Positions 11,568 to 27,285 of a stretch of DNA of 64,000 nucleotides are shown here, piece after piece; position 1 is the first letter of the stretch; each line of letters starts with the position of its first letter. Under the pieces are notes generated by a model that saw nothing but the letters and a program-made list of their open reading frames with translations, searched no databases and was not told the origin of the DNA. The position numbers and the translations under genes were made by a program. This DNA comes from the human T2T-CHM13v2.0 reference genome, Homo sapiens: NCBI RefSeq assembly GCF_009914755.1, contig NC_060927.1. One strand, given 5' to 3'.

Positions 11568-14500
11568 TGTATGTCTTCTTTTGAAAAATGTCTATTCAGG
11601 TCCTTTGCCCATTTTTAAATTGGGTTACTTGTTTTTCTGCTATATAGTTGGAATTCTTTATGTATTTTGGATATTAACCCATTATCAGATGCATAGTTCA
11701 CAAATGTTTTCTCCCATTTCAAAGGCTTTTTTCTTCACTCTGTTGTTTCCTTTGCTGTGCAGAAGCCTTTTAGTTTAATGTAATCCCATTTGTCTTTTTT
11801 GTTTTGTTTGCCTGTGCAGGTTATAGATATCTTAAACAGAACAACCCTTCCTCTATTTCTTTGTAAAGACCATGGCAAAACACAGAGTACGTGGTAGGTA
11901 CACAATTAATACATGTTGGCTAATTCCCTCTATAAAATAGTGTTTATTCCATAACTAATCCATGAAGAATAATTTTAATCTATGGCATGCTTTGAAATAG
12001 GGGCTTTACAAGAGAGAACTGGGAGGAGAATATTCCTTTAGTGCACAATCCTTTGGCCTAGGTCAAACTTGGTTTTAGGGCATCTACTTAGATGACATCT
12101 TTCTCCTCAAAATTCCTGATGGTGCATCATCACACAAGTAATACTCAATAAAGGCTGTTTCTTTTTCCACTCAAAGCAGCTGTTAGGTTTGCATTATAGA
12201 CAAAACAGCCACTATGCCTGTCCACTGCTATTTTGCTCCTGCCTGTTTTTGAAGTATTTTCAGTAATGCCATGGGTTGTTGCATTTTACTTTCTCTGGAG
12301 TCAAGTGACTATTATGCAAGGGCAGAAAAGGAAAGGAGAGAGTTTGATGTAAACACTGTGGTTTTTCAAAAGAAGTCAAGTTCTTTAGAGAAAGGGGAGA
12401 TAGCAATGGGAAGTGCTGCTCAGTGTGAAAAGGTGAGATGCTAAAAAACAGTGCAGCCAGCAATAGGTTCTGTGTTTGCTGAGCATTTGATGAATGAAAA
12501 TTCTATTTGTATTTGAGGATGATAGAATTCGAAATGGTCATATTTCAGCTTCATAATGTTCTTGAGAGTATAGCTGCATTTTTTTGCGTCTTTTTTTCTT
12601 TTCATCTTTGATGTCCAGCTGGTGTGTTGAGACAAGAGTATGATTATGGAATTGGATTTGAAGAGCGGCACTAAATCATTCTCACTCAGTACTTGACCTT
12701 CATCCTAAACAGAATAGATTTCATGGGAGGAATCAGGTTGGAGAAGATATAATTTAATTCTGCCATGGGTCAGACAGAAAGTTAAGTCCTTTAAGTTCCT
12801 TATTCTGTGATACTGCTTAGTGATGTTTTTGAAGAAAGCAATTTTTAATATTAGAATCATTTTCTCTCTCTCCCACATTTATTTAATTACTTTAATACAC
12901 AAGCCCATTTTAAATAAATTTTTCTTGCTAGCATTCCTTTCTGCATCTTTTAGAAAATGGTCAATTTTTAAACTTTTGGTGAATTAAATGGAAAAAACTG
13001 TACTGCTTCTATTTTGACATGCCAGGTGACAAGTACTTAGTACTGCAAAGATGTAAGCCTGTGGTTTCCCTGTTTAAAGGTTATTGGGAATCAGATGTAT
13101 TTGTTTCCTTCTTTCTTCACCTCAAAACAAGATAATAGATGAGGATTACTGTGAGATTTTCTTCTGTACCCTTTTTTTTAGGTTTTACATAACCTTGTTT
13201 TGTATGCTTCCACTAAGAAAACTTCATCATTTCTTCCTTGTAGCATTGTGTTTACTGAACCCTTCCTTCAGGAGGAGTTCACCACTCTCACTGAAGTCAG
13301 ATTTGCCACGTCCACAGTATAACACTACTGTGTCTTTTTCCCCTAGAAGATAAATCTTATCTCTGATGGGGATACTCAGTAGCTGTATCTCCAAAGGGCT
13401 ATTGCTTTGGATATTTTCTTTGCAGAGGTAGTCCTGTCTACACATTCTTCTCAATTCTTTAGTTAATATGTATATTTTAACTTCTCTCCAGGCATCATCG
13501 CCAGCTCTTATCACTTAGCCTTCTTTTGCCTCACATGTTCTGACATGTTCAAAATGGAGTGTTCCAAATTGTACCAGCCATCCTAATGAGGTTGGCTTGT
13601 TGTGTTCTTCCCCATGAGCAGCACCTTCCATGTGAATCTCAGCGTGGTACTGACCTATTATCCCTCCCCATTACTCATTCCTGACTCTGTCTTCCTACTC
13701 TGCACTCACTCTGCAAGTTTAGATTTAACCTCTTGCCAGTCATTTTCAACCCACCCAATTTTTTGTTCAAGAATGGTTCTTAGTTAACCTTCTTCCAGCT
13801 TTCGTGTATTAATTTGGAATGTTCTAAGAACTCCTTCCTTCAAATGTGACCTGATTTATTTGGTGGGTAGTTTCATATTGAAGGAGATGATAACCATGGG
13901 TGTTATGCCCCCTTCCTATGAAACTACAGATAATTCATTGGACTACTTGCCTTTGGGCATAGTGCATATAATGGTGTAGACAAATTTAGAAGTGCTTAAT
14001 AGCATAATTATATTAATTTTTCTGGGTTGCTTGAGGTCACAGAAAACCAGCAAGCCCTGAGCCAATTCCAATATATGCTTTTATATAACAAAATAATGAT
14101 GAAATAACTGTCTCTAGCATTCCTGTGACATGCAACTATAGATACAGTATTTAAAAGGGTCCAATGAAGGGAAATATCAAAGGCACAGTTTTCATATCCA
14201 GGATTGCACCATAGGTCCCCTGACCCACATAAAACTCAGAGGCTCATAGAGGCCAGCAATCTCAACTTACCACCCAGTAGTTCAGTTTTTGAGGGCAGAA
14301 ACTTGATTCTCTGCTCTGTCCCCTATGGCACTCGCCACAGTGCTTTGCACCTGGTGGCCATCCTTTAAAAATTTGTCAAATAAAATGATGAGTTCAGAGA
14401 TTGAGGGAGCTATACATGCACCACAATATGTTCCTGACAGAGCACATGAAGCAACTTGCTTCATGGCATGACTATCTGTGACTAGAAGCCAGACCCTCTA

Positions 14501-15671
14501 CTCCTGTTCTGGCACTCGTTCCACTGAATCTCAGTACCACTCCTGGTTTCATCACCATCCCTGTAGACTCTTGGTCCTCCATAATGTTTCTCCAAGGAAG
14601 ATAGTCTGGTTTGCAAAACCTTAAATATCTGAGCTCACACTGGTTGCCATCCCATGATAGCAGGCTATGTGTCTGAAATCTATCTTGAAGACATAACCCA
14701 ATCAAAAATATGGTTTGGAATACATAGGTATTGGAACCTTCCATTTTTTCCATTCTCTTGATTTGTGTCACTGACCATAATAACACATATCCCTTAAGAA
14801 GCAGTGGGCACCATTGTCGGGAGAGATTTAATGGGGAGTTTTCATTACTTCTCTGTGGATTCCATTTTTAAAAATCTTGCGGTCCATTTGGCTTATTGCA
14901 CTCTATCACCTTTCCAATACACCTAAAAGACCCAGATGGGTCCACTCACTCCTGACCTCTTGTCATCAAGATTCATTCTTTGATCTGACAAACATTTTAC
15001 TGAGCATCTACTTTGTGCCAGCCACCATTCTAGGTCCTAAGAATCTCCACTCTTGCAGAGATTGTATTTTGGAAGGAAAAGGTAGACAAATACATAATCC
15101 AGACTAGTTATTTCATCCTTTCTGTTTTTCCTTCACTCTTAAGCTTGACCTTCCATTAGAATTAATGGAGCTGCCTATATTGAATGTGTCTCTAGGCATA
15201 TAAGACTAAATGACCCATAGAACAAAGTGCAATGGCTGACATTTTAGAGAAAGAAAGGAAAAGAGAGAGAGAGTGTATGTGTATTGTGTGTGTCTGTAAA
15301 TGTCAGAAACTTATAAGCAATAAAAGTGCAAGCCAGAACTGGATACCATGTTTAAAGAAAGAAAATTTAAAAAAACTGAAAAAAAATTCCTCTTTTATCC
15401 TAATTATACCTTTTCCTTCAGGAAGACATTTTCAAGACAGGTAAAAGTTAGTGTTCCCTGCCCGCTACATACTCAGTTGAATTATGTAATGTGTTTTCTA
15501 TTTGTGGGCATTCCACATATTAGTTGTCTGGGATCTGGGATTGGGGATTTTTTCTCTCTCTCTCTCTGTCTTTTTAAATTAAATTAACTATTGGCTCATC
15601 AAGGTTGAATGGCGAAAATTTAAGCTAGATGTATGGTTGAGGTCATTAGCTTATAGATGGTAACTAAAGGC

Positions 15672-15982
<311 letters not shown>

Positions 15983-17924
15983 TAATAATTAATATCTTAA
16001 GAATGATTTCGTTTGCCCTGAGGAAATGAGTGTGCAGTGTGAGATGAGAAAAGGGTTGTTAACAAATCCCATGTGAACAGCCACATGTGAAGGTCCAGGA
16101 AAGAGATCCTCAAAGAGACTGAAAGGTCGATGTGGAATGGAATCAAAGTGAAGACACTTTTAAGAGTTGATTCTATAAAATGCTGAAGAGAGGTCAACAA
16201 AGCTACATACCAAATGACTCCATTGAATTTAGAAGAAATTTCAAGTGAGAGGGCCAAGGACCTCTGAAATAAGCACAGCGAAATGAAAGGAATAGAACCG
16301 CGAGAAGAACTGGCCAAGAAAAGCATAGGAGGGATGGGTTAGAGCCATGCTTAATGCCTACTATAACGTTTCCAATATGTGTGAATAGGTTGTTTTTGTT
16401 CCTCTGAGTGGCGTTTCAGTGAAATCAGAGATGGCTCTCACATTAGCAAGCTCTCCTTTGATGTAGCCCATTTCTGTGGGAAATCCATTTCCAAGAGGAG
16501 ACTCTCCTGTGCTCTGTTGAAAATCAGCCTCCAGGAAACCCATATGGGAATTCTGAGGAGAAAAGAAAAGCTTCTAGGGAGATGTTTTGAAATCCTTTGA
16601 GCTGCATATAATCAGTGCAAACTTTACATGTATATTGACTGTACATTCGGAGCACTTTAAGCAGTAAAGACCTCAAAGGCTCCAGTCCATTATGAGAACA
16701 AACAGCAATTTAAAGCAATATTTTCCCAGAGAAAAGAAATCAGGAGGAACAAAGATGCTGGGGTTGGGGCTTTTTTCCCTGTTCGTTTGTGAGAAAATGT
16801 GCTTTTGATTGATAATCTAAAGAAGACTGTGTTCAGCATAGCATATTTTTGATCGTTAATGAATTTGGAGAATAGTAATTTAAAACATTTGGGGTGGTTC
16901 CTTCAGGCACTTTTTCCAATACGTCTTTTATTCTTTCCAATATCTGGAACATGAAGAGTGAGAATGAAAATAATTGCCCTTGCTCTCCTTTGCTCTCTTT
17001 CCTGTGAGTCTGACTACCAGCAAGACCTTCTATTCTCATGAATTCTTCGCTTTCATTTTTTAATAACAAGGCTGCAACTTTTTTGTCAAAGGCAAGAGTA
17101 TGCTGTCCTGTAGAAGACAGGACCCATGATGAATCCAACATACTTCTTTTTGCATCTTTTTCTTTGAAATTCAACTAGAGCAATTTGTTTATAGAAATAC
17201 TGAATGGCTTTAGAGAAAATACTCGATTTCTAATTCAGATCAATATACTGGAATGAAAACATTATTTTCCCCCATTTGTACTTTTTTTTTCTTCATGTTT
17301 GTATTTGATTTTTGTGGTCACACATTTTGCATTGGTGGCACTTGGTAGCAAGACACTATGCAGATAAGATGCTACTGAGGACTATCAGACCATGGAAACT
17401 TAATAGCATCTTGGTAATGTGTGCAGCTTATGTCTGCTCAGATTCACATATAGCATAATTTCCTATGCTACTTAGAAAAATAAAAACAAGAAGCAACACC
17501 ATTATACGATAAACCACTAATTTCAGGCTTCATTTACAAACAAGTAGCACACTGCTGTTAAATAAACATTAAAGAGCTTTCTATTATCCAGTTATTGTTG
17601 AAAATACTGGTCATGTAATAACCCAGATAGTCAATATATTTTTGTTAAATTAAGATTGACATTTAATAAGAAATTAAAGATATTTAATAAGAAAAATGTG
17701 TGCTAAAATCAGAGTCAGAATACATCATTGCATAGCACTAAAGTATGTTAACCTCTTTAAGATGTCACAACAGTATTTCAGATGCTGTCCAATTTTTCAT
17801 GGACATAGTTACTAAACGGCATGACATTTCAAACATGTTAGAATCTTCAAAAACTGCATACCCTTCTCTTTACTCTGGTTTCTGTTTCACTATCAGGAAA
17901 CCTGAAGAACAATGAGTATTACTA

Positions 17925-18140
17925 ATGGGTTGACATTTTTGGAGGTATATTGTGTGCCAGGGAGTGTGCTGGAGATTTTTAATATATTTTCTCTAATCCC
18001 CACAGTAATATTCCTATTGTATGGATTAGAAAACTGAGGCTCAGAGAATTTAAGTAACTTGCCCAAGAGTATGTAACTCCTAGTGATGAAGAAGAGATTC
18101 AAATGCAGGTCCATCTGCCTCTAAATTTAAGACCCTTTCC
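17925..18140 (-). mobile_element. MIR SINE
   Basis: aaaactgaggctcagagaatttaagtaacttgcccaag core. Confidence 0.8.
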
Positions 18141-18149
18141 ATTGGAACA

Positions 18150-18250
18150 ACTACATCAGAATCTCTAGGGGTAGGCCTCAGGTGTTAATATTCTTTAGAA
18201 GATAGCCTTGGAGATTTTAACATAGAGCTTTGATTGGAAAAGATTGCATT
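18150..18250. mobile_element. MER5-family fragment
   Basis: atcagaatctctaggggtaggcctcagg motif. Confidence 0.5.
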
Positions 18251-19048
18251 TGTACCTTTTGTCTTTCATGAGCACAAGTAAAGAAATCGGCTTTGCTAAT
18301 GTGGTTTGTTTATGGGGACAAAGCGATATAGACTAGCAAAAGTAGGAATATCTTCATTTTGCATTTTCTTCAGCTTCCTGTTTGGAGTTGCTCCATTCCT
18401 TACAACAAGAGGAAGAAAGTATGTATTATATGTGCAAATATATGTGTATATGAGACTGTTGCTATGTGTACATCATTCATGTCTGTAAGAATGGAAAACT
18501 ATTTAAAATGGCAGATATGTAGATGAAATGTTTATATAGAAAAAGTATACAGAAAATGTTGAGCAAAACTATGTACTCACTGATCAAAAGGGTTAAGGAA
18601 AAAGAAGTGATATGAATATAGACTGTAATGTTGAATAGTTTCTGTGTGCGTGTTTGTGAAAGCTCTTTGAGTTCATTATTTTAGAAACTTAAAAAAATTA
18701 ATTCAGAGCAGAAGTCACTGGATTTGACAATTGGATATTTAATCTCCTGGCTCTTTAACTGCAGATGATAGAAGGTCACTTTGTTTCTGGGTGGTGGGGG
18801 ATAAAGAAGGATTTACTTGTTCATTTCTCGACTCAACATCCTTGGTATTTGAAGTTTAGGTCAAATAATATTGTCCAAGAAGCTAGTCTGTCTTAAATAT
18901 GTCACAATTTGTTAGCAAATTCATCTAGAATGTTTAGGGTTTTTTTTTCTTTGACTGACATGGTTTTCGTAGTAGTGGAAAATCTTTTCCCACTTTCCTC
19001 CGCTCCCTAGGCAGGCCAGTGAACCCCTAAAATAGTTCTGTTGGCATC

Positions 19049-19080
19049 CTTGCTTAATATTCAGCTTGCTTAATATTCAG
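19049..19080 (+). repeat. Perfect 16-bp tandem duplication (CTTGCTTAATATTCAG x2)
   Basis: Read directly. Confidence 0.95.
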
Positions 19081-21719
19081 TTTGGCTCTACTCTGTATTT
19101 TGCCTGCAAATCAAACACTACTTCACTCCCTTCAGCCCCCAATTTATGGCCTTAGTACCCATGATTCTTTGCTGATCCTTGAGAATGTAGCTATCACAAT
19201 TACAACAGAACACTACCTGTTCTCAAATGCTCATCAATGCCACCAGCACAGTTTGCTTGGAGGTGCCCAACTGTGTTATAATGTTAGTTTATTTGGAGTT
19301 TCAAGATAGGACGATGCTTCATGTCATTAGGTAAGGCTAATAGAATCTAATATTATCTTTATCTCAATTTTCATCATTTTAATTAACTATTGGTTGTAAG
19401 GAGATTTGAATTTCTGGTCATTTTAGTGCATATTCTTTTGTTATACAGTGGGGAAGCATTACTACTAAGAGTTAATTAGACCCTACTAGTTATATAAGTT
19501 AATTTGGGAAACTTAAAGAGTTTCCCAAAACTAGACATACAAAGATTTTAGTAGATGAATGGGATTTGTTCTGTGTCCTCGACTAGTGAAGAGTTTAGAA
19601 AAGTACACAGCCATTATCAGGGCTGGAGTGAGTGATGTGATTAATCAAAGAGGTATTCAGCTGAGGAGTTACAAGCTAATTTGGGGTCCCTCTGCTTTCT
19701 GAACCAAACCATTTGTTGTTTCTATTAACTGTGGGGTAAATGAAAATTTCAGGATTGTGAACAGTTCTATCTAGTCTCTTATTCACTAACAAAGACAATG
19801 CTTACAAATAATTTGAGTAATTTTCCAACTTCTTTCAGCTTTCTACCTGAATGTGGGTCTTTTCAATAAATCCAAGAATCCAAGGACCTGAAATACCTGT
19901 TCTCCTTTAATGACAGGGGCCAGACAGGGGCAGAAGAGGGTCTCACAGGTCTCTAGGTAGTTAACTGTTTGCTAATCTTCTCTTCACCAAAGGAGAAGGG
20001 ATGGCCTAGACCTTTTATCATTTTCTCGGTGTCAGAGGTATGGCTCTTGGGAATAATTTTAACTCCTACCTAATCCAATTTTGACTTCAACCCACAAAGT
20101 CCTTTTATGTTTTTTTGGGGAGGATTAGGGGGATAGGGATATAAACATTAATGTTCTTCTCTAATTTATAGAGGAAGAAATAAAGATAAAACAGGCAGGA
20201 CTCCTGTACAAATAATTTTCATGAGAGCATTTGCAAATATTGTTTCTTCTTTTTAAAAACAAGCATGCAGATATCTTAGAAGAAAGGGCACCTTGGCCTT
20301 TGGTCTTCCTTTCCTAGAATAATGGTTATAACATTACTCCCCTGTGTTCCCATAGGAAGGAAAAAGCAATACAAGAATTGTGCTAATGGGATTTCAAGCC
20401 CTGTGGGCACCAGAGGATAGTGCCATTTGTAGATGAGCTTACTCATGGAAGAGATAGGGGGAGAAGCTAGTATGATGGGGTAAGGGAGGAGCAGAGCGGG
20501 ACAGGGAGAAGCAGAAGCTGCAGCCAGAGTCTGAGAACAAGTAGGATTTTTCCCAAGGCAACTTTTTGGGCTTCCAGACTATTGACCTTCACCTTCCAAT
20601 GTTTTGAGTTCTCTCACAGGCATGAAGTCCAAGAAAGCTGATCAAAAACAACTTAAATAAGCAAGATCCATGCAGTACCGTTAAGGTCCCCGTGTCTGCT
20701 TTTCATTGGCTTTTCTGTTTGCTTTCCATTTGGCCTATTTGATTCTCTTTATATTCTGGGCACGTAGAGAAATGCATATTTTTGTAGTAGGTCTGTTCTA
20801 TCTATATTTGAGTTTGCAGGAGGGCATGCCATTTGGAAAGTTTTACTTAATACGGGCAATAGTGAGAGAAAAAAAAAAAGACAACTTTGTGTTTGAAGTA
20901 GTAGCCTTGTTTCAATGACATTTAAAAGATGGATGCTCACGATCATGCATCTTTCCAAGCTAAGAAGCCAGCATATCTTGAGAAAATGAATGGATTCAAG
21001 AGGCTGGTTAATACATTATCTTTGTTTTGCTGCCGGCTAACAAGGGAGAAATGTTACAACTTGGCCAATAGGTTGTCGTGCTCTTGTTTTTATGTTGATG
21101 TAAAGTATCTAATATGCTGAACACTAAAAATATCCTGTATTACTTTAGTTCCTGGAGGAAACTAAAAATAGAATGGAGAGAATGAATGAAACATAACCAA
21201 GCATTATTTAGTCCCTTTCCTTCTTTTCCGATAGGAATCTCTTTTCATATAGGCCCTACTACATCAAGATTCCTAACGTCTTGTTTCTTGCCCTTGGATG
21301 AGGTTCTCTGGGGGCTGGAAATAGTGTGTTCAATGGCTTCATTTCCATAGCTTTCTCTCAGTGGCCATCTGAGGTGGGAGTTTAGAAACTTAAAGACAGA
21401 ACTGATTTGCAAAAAGGAATTCTCTTACAAGAACAGGACTTTCAATTATGATCATTTACATTTGATCAGATTAAAAGGGCAGGGGGACTTTGAGGTAGTC
21501 TGTCTTTTGCTTTTGAAAGCTGTGGAAGAAATGAATTACTGACAGATTGGAACCATGGTGATGATAAAGAAATTCATTTGATTATTGTGCTGTCAAAACA
21601 ATGCAAAGTTTGAGAAAATATTTTAGAAGCATATGGAAATATTAGGACCATTTTAAACATTCATTTCATGTCCTTGCCCAAGTCATGCTATAAATACACA
21701 TCCCAGGGGGAATATACGA

Positions 21720-22566
<847 letters not shown>

Positions 22567-23038
22567 TTAATAGGTCAAGGAAAGAGAATTTCACGATCAT
22601 TCCCTTCCCATCATTTTCTGTTAGAACATATTTTTGATGATTGTTAACACATAATTATCTATTGCATTCTTCAAGATACCCAGAGAGGCCAAATTCCCTA
22701 CTTTACGCTAGAGTGTGGTATGGTATTTCATAGCCAGTGCATTCACCTTACTTTTTCCCTTAACTCTTGGTGGAATTTAATCCCATTTTTTCTTACTTAA
22801 TACTCACTGGAAAGAAAGAACAGCTGGCCTAGCCATTCTGTATGATATCCTAAACCTGTTTTCATTGTTTTAGTATCACTTTTATTAGCTTTGCCTCCTG
22901 ATGTCACAGTAAGGTAATGGCCCTTGTTTTCTGTGGTCCCCAGTTTACTGATTTGAGGCAGGTTTAACTGACATATCAGAGGTCCTATTCTGAGTTACAT
23001 GAGACAGGTGATATTAACGGCTACAGCTCCAAAGTTGT

Positions 23039-23261
23039 AGGAGATAGCAAACTGCAGCCCATGGGCCACATCTGGCCTGTGGACTGTTTTTGTAAGTAAA
23101 AGCTTATTAGAATACAGCCACATTACTTTATTTATGTATGTCTATGACTGCTTTCAGCACTACAGTAGCAGAGTTGAGTAGCTGTGGCAGACACTGTATG
23201 GCCTGAAAGGCTTAAAATATTTACTGTCTTGCCCTTTACAGGAAAAGTTTACTGACCCCTG
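23039..23261 (+). mobile_element. MER58A (hAT-Charlie)
   Basis: gcaaactgcagcccatgggccacatctggcc...aaaatatttactgtcttgccctttacaggaaaagtttactgacccctg. Confidence 0.85.
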
Positions 23262-23449
23262 AATTGAATGAGCCACATTCTTCACTTTAAAAACTGTGAA
23301 AGATTTTACAGCTGGATATTACTCTTCCCAAGCCTTTCTGGTTAGGATTTGTCTTTCAAAGTGATCAAAGAATGTTGGAGATACAAATAATCTGAGAAGA
23401 TTCATCTAGTCTGGAATGTCTTCCATTCCACAGATAAAAGCCCCAGAGA

Positions 23450-23842
<393 letters not shown>

Positions 23843-24589
23843 TCATTTCCCTCATCCCTCCTCAAGGACCTTATTCTGTCAGTTACCTCGTCTTTTCTGT
23901 ATCTTCTATTGCTTCCTCTCCACTGTCCTTTCAAATTATTATTAATAGAATACTCAGGACTTAAATATTGTAATAAGGACATTGCCATCACCTATTTCAT
24001 CTAGACATAATGTCATGCTTCTTCCCTTCCCTTCATTGCCCACAGTGGCACACGACTCACTATTTTACTCCCTCAAGTTCCATTCTAAATTCAGCTCTTC
24101 TAAAACTGTTCCAGCTGGGGTCGCAGACAAATCCATGGGACGATATGTAGTCTTCGTCTGTCCCAATTTTTGTGTAGCATGAAAACTCTTGACACCACAC
24201 ACTACAAACTACATTTCATGGGAGGCTCTTTTTCTCTTGTTTTTGAACCATGATCCTATTTTACTTCTCTTCCTACCTTCTGTTAAGTCTCTCTCCCACA
24301 TTATTCCTTCTCTGCCTATCTTGTGTTTTCCCAGGTTTCATACTTAGAAGCTCTCCTTAGCAATCTTGTACTTTGTTGTGGATTCCAAGACTGTCTACTG
24401 AACTGAAGAATGTCTCTGAATGTAGCAGAAGTAATACTCACCAGCTCTCCCTCTGAATTACTCCTCTATTTGACTCTTCATCATCCTCTTCTTCATTCTC
24501 ATGACATTTCAATACCTAATATATACTGAACACTTGTTATCAAGCAGGTTCAGTGCTGAGAGCTTTTGAAAGTAGAAGAGCACTTTTAA

Positions 24590-25500
<911 letters not shown>

Positions 25501-25668
25501 GTAGCATATATTCTAATTTTCAAAATGGTTCTGTGACATAGTTACAGTTTTATTGTCGTTTTTCATTTTAATAAAATCCGAGTCTTAGACAAGATAAAAG
25601 ACCAATGTCATGTACTATTAGTTTATACCCCAATGCAGTCTGACCCCAGAGCCTGTATAGTTTAGTAA

Positions 25669-25864
25669 AGTGTCCAAGGGAGAGAATACAGTCGTGAGTT
25701 CTTAGTTTCCCTTTCTGGTTGGGTCAGTGAAGTCCCTTCCTCACCCCTCTTTTCTGTTTATCTCTACAGACAGAAACTAAAAACAATGGCTACAGGCCGC
25801 TAAAAGCCTAAAACAAAACAAAACAGAACAACAACAACAAAATAAGTTGGCTTAGACAAGCTTG
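25669..25864. mobile_element. MER107-like small hAT DNA transposon
   Basis: ~195 bp running tgtccaagggagagaatacagtc...gctaaaagcctaaaacaaaac...gacaagcttg; family name recalled, not verified. Confidence 0.6.
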
Positions 25865-25993
25865 CAAACCACTATCCTTTCTTATGCCTCTAGGTTAAGG
25901 ATGTTATCATATACAGGTGTCCTCTACTTGGTAACTTTCACAGCTCGTTTCCATAAAGCCAAATGCCAGCCCAGTGTATGTCACCTCCTACTG

Positions 25994-26012
25994 TGGCCAA
26001 CAGATGGCGCTA
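25994..26012 (+). promoter_or_regulatory. Candidate CTCF binding site
   Basis: TGGCCAACAGATGGCGCTA versus core consensus TGGCCACCAGGGGGCGCTA; CpG retained. Confidence 0.7.
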
Positions 26013-26254
26013 ATGGTGGTTTGAAACTTGTCACTTGGGGCTTTTGAGCACATGAGCTCAGACATAGCCTCTTAGAACTAGTCTTTCTCTATAATGGTCT
26101 GAGCTGACCTGAGAGCCAGAAACTTTAGGATCATTTCTCTCTCCCACCCCACCTAGTTAAATCCCAAATCCCATTCATCTTAATCAGAAATAATTCCTGA
26201 ATATGTACCCCCCTCCATTCTCTCCTTCCTCTGTGTGTGCTCTCCTCCTGTCCC

Positions 26255-26412
26255 TTTTTTTAGCACTCATCACAGGTGGCTATTTATGTATCTGCATTGC
26301 CCTGCTATGCTGTGAACTCCTCAGGGCAGAGACTGGGTCATATTCATTCTGTGTCCCCGGTGTCTGACAGTGCCTGGCACAAAGAAGGTGCTCACGTTGG
26401 GGACTGAATAAA
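26255..26412 (+). mobile_element. L2 3' end
   Basis: ctgtgaactcctcagggcagagactgggtc...cagtgcctggcacaaagaaggtgctca. Confidence 0.75.
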
Positions 26413-27044
26413 GTTCCCCTGGCAGAAACCCAAAAGGTTCAAAATGACTGTTCTTTCCTGTAGTCACAGAAGCTCACAGGGCATTTGACTTGCCCTGTAT
26501 GCTCTGAATGGTCTGGTATCGTACTCTGACCTATGGGAGATCAGGGCTTATTATCACACAGGCTTCTGGCCAACAGTGTGGCTTATTTGTACATTCCATC
26601 TCTCTTCTTCCAGAAGATGAAAGACAGGACATGATACAAGCTACGAGATCATTTTTTTAAAGAAAAATGGGTGGTTGTCATAGCATTTCTGGTGTCAGAC
26701 TGCAGATATGATCAAGCTGTCCATTTACCCTGGTTCAAATTGAATTGCTGGTAATTAAGAATGGGGAATGGGGTTAGGTCCATCTGAGATCAGACAGCAG
26801 AACCATTAAGGACAGATAAATCCCTTTATGAGAAATAAAGAGACTCCTGGTTATTAGACTGTATGTTTGTGGGCTAGGTGTTTGTTTTTAATCACAAAGT
26901 TTTGTACACTTGGAAGAGGTTAGGTAAAAACATTAAGCAGATTAACATTTTACAAATATTTTCTTTCCCTGACCGTCCTTTTCTACCTCCTTCCCACAGT
27001 TACAACTTTTCAATGTTAGTGCTGATATTCTCTCTCTCTAGTAT

Positions 27045-27285
27045 ATCACTGTGTTGGGTTAGGAGCCAGACTGCTTGGGTTCAGCTCTTGGTGCCACCCC
27101 TCCTATTTATGTGATCTTGGGCAAATTAACCTCTCTGAGCCCCAGATTTCTCATTAGTAAAGTGAGTTTACTATTATAATATTACCTTCCTCATAGGGGT
27201 GTAATGGGGATTAAATGAGTTTTAATACATCTAAAACTCTTAGAATAGTGCCAGCCCATATTAAGTGCACTTGGTAAATATTGGC
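27045..27285 (+). mobile_element. MIR SINE
   Basis: ggagccagactgcttgggttca...tgtgatcttgggcaaattaacctctctgagcccc. Confidence 0.8.

Larger units (their letters stand above)
10434..11817 (-). mobile_element. L1MA (L1MA7-9-like) 3' fragment, interrupted by an Alu monomer
   Basis: L1MA-type 3'UTR; ORF 10996-11259 encodes ORF2 C-terminal motif CWWECKLVQPLWKTVWRFL...LLGIYP; possible degraded TSD ttgtaggtattt/ttatagatatct. Confidence 0.85.

Noticed and set aside
12570-12700. Exon following the long pyrimidine tract ending TGTCCAG
   Set aside because: No convincing donor downstream and no recognisable coding content.
13020-13034. 15-mer TGCCAGGTGACAAGT repeated exactly at 57784-57798
   Set aside because: About two chance 15-mer direct matches are expected in 64 kb, and the flanks do not extend the match.
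17120-17210. C/D-box snoRNA (ATGATGA at 17126, CTGA at 17200)
   Set aside because: Spacing fits, but there is no terminal stem outside box C, no clear C'/D' boxes and no recognisable rRNA guide.
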